Part shown: piece after piece, positions 61,733 to 64,000 of the stretch | Layout of the letters: every line of letters begins with the position of its first letter | Numbering within the stretch: the stretch's first letter is position 1 | Origin: an uncultured delta proteobacterium | GTDB lineage: Bacteria > Desulfobacterota > Syntrophia > Syntrophales > UBA5619 | Assembly (NCBI GenBank): GCA_963817385.1 | Contig: CAWFOM010000002.1 | Span: 1-64,000, forward strand | Length of the DNA: 64,000 nucleotides | Reading direction: 5' to 3' | Position numbers and translations under genes: made by a program | Notes under the pieces: generated by a model | Database searches by the model: none | What the model was told of the DNA's origin: nothing | The model's input: the letters and a program-made list of their open reading frames with translations, nothing else

Positions 61733-62686
61733 TTATCGTATAGCCATTGCAGTTGCAGGAAACACCGGGCGAATCGCTCGGGAATTTCTTACGATACTAT
61801 AGGCAATATCATAAAAATTACCCCTGGTAACGGTATCTTTTCCACCAATTAAGTACTCAGCCATGTTATTTATTGACGAGTTTAAGATATTTTCATATTG
61901 TACGACACCTAACTCTTCAAGATCAAGACTCAGGTAATTTTTCGCAACAGACTTAATGATATTAGATACATTTCTTTCTTTTGCGTCCCTCACCATGTTG
62001 GCAATAATCTTGATGTTCATATTATTAATACAATTCATAAGGTTTTCCTGATGTTCTGTACCGAATTGGCCTATTTTTTCATATAACCTGGCAATGGAAT
62101 CAATTTTCTCTCCCTCTACAGCCACACTCGCCCTGTTGATCAGTTCCAGTATGTCAGGCTCTTTCTTGAAAGTTTCGTTTAAACTGCGATAGAGGCTTGA
62201 TTTAATAAATCCATATGCATTTTGAAGTGACGTCATCTGAGGTGTAAGGACGACAATTTTATTTTGAGCGTAATTAAAAAAATCGATAGTTGTAAAAGAA
62301 GTGCCCGCACCAAGATCAAGAATGATTATGTCAGCATCGAGTCTCAGTATATTGCTGAAAAGCCGCGTTTTTTGCGTATATTTGGGGTTGGCAATCCCTA
62401 AAATATCATCGGCTCCACAGATGATCTTCATGTCTTCTATCGGAGTATCCATCACCACTTCATCAATGGTTTCCACCCTTCTGCTGATAAAATCCGCCAA
62501 CGTATAGGTTGGATAGCGTATACCAGATAAAATATGGAGGTTACTACCTCCGAGGTCTGCATCGACCAATATTACCTTCATGCCAAGCTTCGCTAATGAA
62601 GCTCCGAGCATAAGTGTGACGATGCTTTTGCCACACCCTCCCTTGCCTCCTCCCACGGCCCACAATTTGTTTCTGATTTCGTCCAT
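61733..62686 (-). CDS. MinD/FlhG/ParA-family ATPase
   Basis: GGGKGGCGKS, VDADLGGSNLH, LDLGAG; AT-rich. Confidence 0.88.
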   Translation of the reverse strand: MDEIRNKLWAVGGGKGGCGKSIVTLMLGASLAKLGMKVILVDADLGGSNLHILSGIRYPTYTLADFISRRVETIDEVVMDTPIEDMKIICGADDILGIANPKYTQKTRLFSNILRLDADIIILDLGAGTSFTTIDFFNYAQNKIVVLTPQMTSLQNAYGFIKSSLYRSLNETFKKEPDILELINRASVAVEGEKIDSIARLYEKIGQFGTEHQENLMNCINNMNIKIIANMVRDAKERNVSNIIKSVAKNYLSLDLEELGVVQYENILNSSINNMAEYLIGGKDTVTRGNFYDIAYSIVRNSRAIRPVFPATAMAIR

Positions 62687-62696
62687 ATTCCTCTTA

Positions 62697-63230
62697 TTAT
62701 TTAAAAAACTGCTCCCAGAGGTTCCACATCATATTTCGGTCTTTATTTTTCATGCCGATCAATTTGCCTATTGCATCCCAGCTTTCCATGTATTTAAATT
62801 CAATTCCCATTTTCAGGGACATAGTCCTAGGAGATGCTTTGGTTATCCACTTAACTTGAGCGAATATATCGACTTTCTCCCTCTCTAAAATACAAAATGA
62901 GATTTTTACTTTTGTATTTTTTATTTCATTCATGTTGCATCTGCCATACTTATCTTCAAATTCTAAGCAGGCTCCGCTCATCGAAACATCCCTTAAATAT
63001 CCGCTAAAAGCTATATATTCTGATTTGTTAGAGAAAAAGTTGACTTCGACTGGATAGGCAAATACCGAGCGCAGGTGTTGCCGTCGATCTTCATAATTAA
63101 TTTCAGGATAAGGTTCATTTTCCTGTTGGGCGACATCATTAATAACAGTACCGTCCTCAAGGGCACTATCGCGGTTGAGTTCGGAACTACCCTGATGAAT
63201 ATGATCATCCATGTGTTCACGTCCGTTCAT
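62697..63230 (-). CDS. PilZ-domain protein
   Basis: RRQHLR (RxxxR) and DVSMSG (DxSxxG); start may be 63212. Confidence 0.85.
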   Translation of the reverse strand: MNGREHMDDHIHQGSSELNRDSALEDGTVINDVAQQENEPYPEINYEDRRQHLRSVFAYPVEVNFFSNKSEYIAFSGYLRDVSMSGACLEFEDKYGRCNMNEIKNTKVKISFCILEREKVDIFAQVKWITKASPRTMSLKMGIEFKYMESWDAIGKLIGMKNKDRNMMWNLWEQFFK

Positions 63231-63238
63231 ATTATTTA

Positions 63239-63265
63239 TTATCGGTTCGTTTCGTCAAAACTTTA
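63239..63265 (-). promoter_or_regulatory. Sigma28 (FliA)-like promoter
   Basis: TAAA-N15-ACCGATAA. Confidence 0.75.
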
Positions 63266-63366
63266 GTAAAGTTATTATCTGAAAAGGACGGTCATCCATT
63301 CGGCGAAAGACAGATCCCGGCGACTCCTGGGGCACTTCCATAACAACATAGTGAATCGGGGTGCGC

Positions 63367-64000
63367 TCACCGCCTCTGGAACGACAGGGGAAGCTCCAGG
63401 CTGTTCTCCTCGAGGAGCGCCCGGTCCGAGAGGATCTCCGCGGCGGGACCGTCCGCGACCACGACGCCGTCTCCGATCACCAGGCAGCGTTGGCAGACGT
63501 CGAGGATCAGGTCCAGGTCATGGGAGGCGATGAGCTTGGAATGCTTGAAGGTTTTGAGGAGCGCAATCAAGAGACGCCTCGACCGGGGGTCGAGGTTCGC
63601 GGCGGGCTCGTCCATTGCGAGGATATCGGGCTCCATGGCCATGACCGCGGCGATAGCGACCGCGCTCTTCTGTCCGGCCGAGAGGTGGTGCGGCGGCTTG
63701 TCTTGAAGGGTGAGGCTGTTGACCATACAAAGGGCTTGATGGACACGCTCACGGACCGTCGTTTCATCCAGACCGAGGTTGAGGGGGCCGAAGGCGACAT
63801 CGTCAAAAACGGTCGGCATGAAAAGCTGGTCGTCGGGGTTCTGAAAGACGATCCCCACCTTCCTGCGGATCTCCTGCCGTGTCTTTGCGGAGAGCCGGCA
63901 ATCGCCGATCGTCACCGTTCCCGACGTCGGCATCAGATAGCCGTTCATGTGCTGGAGGAGCGTCGATTTCCCCGCCCCATTTGCGCCGACGACGCCGACG
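63367..64000 (-). CDS. cbiO: ECF (Co/Ni) transporter ATPase, 5' end outside the window
   Basis: GANGAGKST, VFQNPDDQLF, DVAFGP, LSAGQK, MDEP. Confidence 0.9.
   Translation of the reverse strand, partial: VGVVGANGAGKSTLLQHMNGYLMPTSGTVTIGDCRLSAKTRQEIRRKVGIVFQNPDDQLFMPTVFDDVAFGPLNLGLDETTVRERVHQALCMVNSLTLQDKPPHHLSAGQKSAVAIAAVMAMEPDILAMDEPAANLDPRSRRLLIALLKTFKHSKLIASHDLDLILDVCQRCLVIGDGVVVADGPAAEILSDRALLEENSLELPLSFQRR

Overview
A GC-rich bacterial chromosomal window. Gene content (4-hydroxybutyryl-CoA dehydratase, ThiH, LarBCE) and repeat style suggest an anaerobic deltaproteobacterium, possibly Syntrophales-like; this is inference. From left to right it holds: a small accessory patch (two TA modules, TPR lipoprotein, AT-rich orphans, one attC-like site); abfD; an RND efflux operon; glgP; a relBE-like pair; a long sulfur operon (metY-cysK-metX-metW-iscS-mnmA-nadA-fdhD-cysE); a CoA-transferase/CitE/TRAP catabolic cluster; c-di-GMP signalling genes; a MacAB-TolC operon; exported proteins and a cold-shock gene; an AmmeMemoRadiSam B-A fusion; a TPP-riboswitch thiGHSE operon; larEBC; and a partial ECF ATPase. 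The best unannotated signal is a ribosome-dependent attenuator upstream of metY. It comprises a 25-aa Met/Cys-rich leader peptide (MRQDNNLMNMMMCRCYCTGRGGLFM), mutually exclusive hairpins and an intrinsic terminator. Other signals are a ~200-nt strand-biased rod-like element, sigma28-like promoters before the c-di-GMP genes, two candidate structured RNAs, IS200/IS605-type end hairpins and many gene relics. Several single frameshifts in intact-looking genes may be assembly errors. All calls come from reading the sequence; no searches were run.
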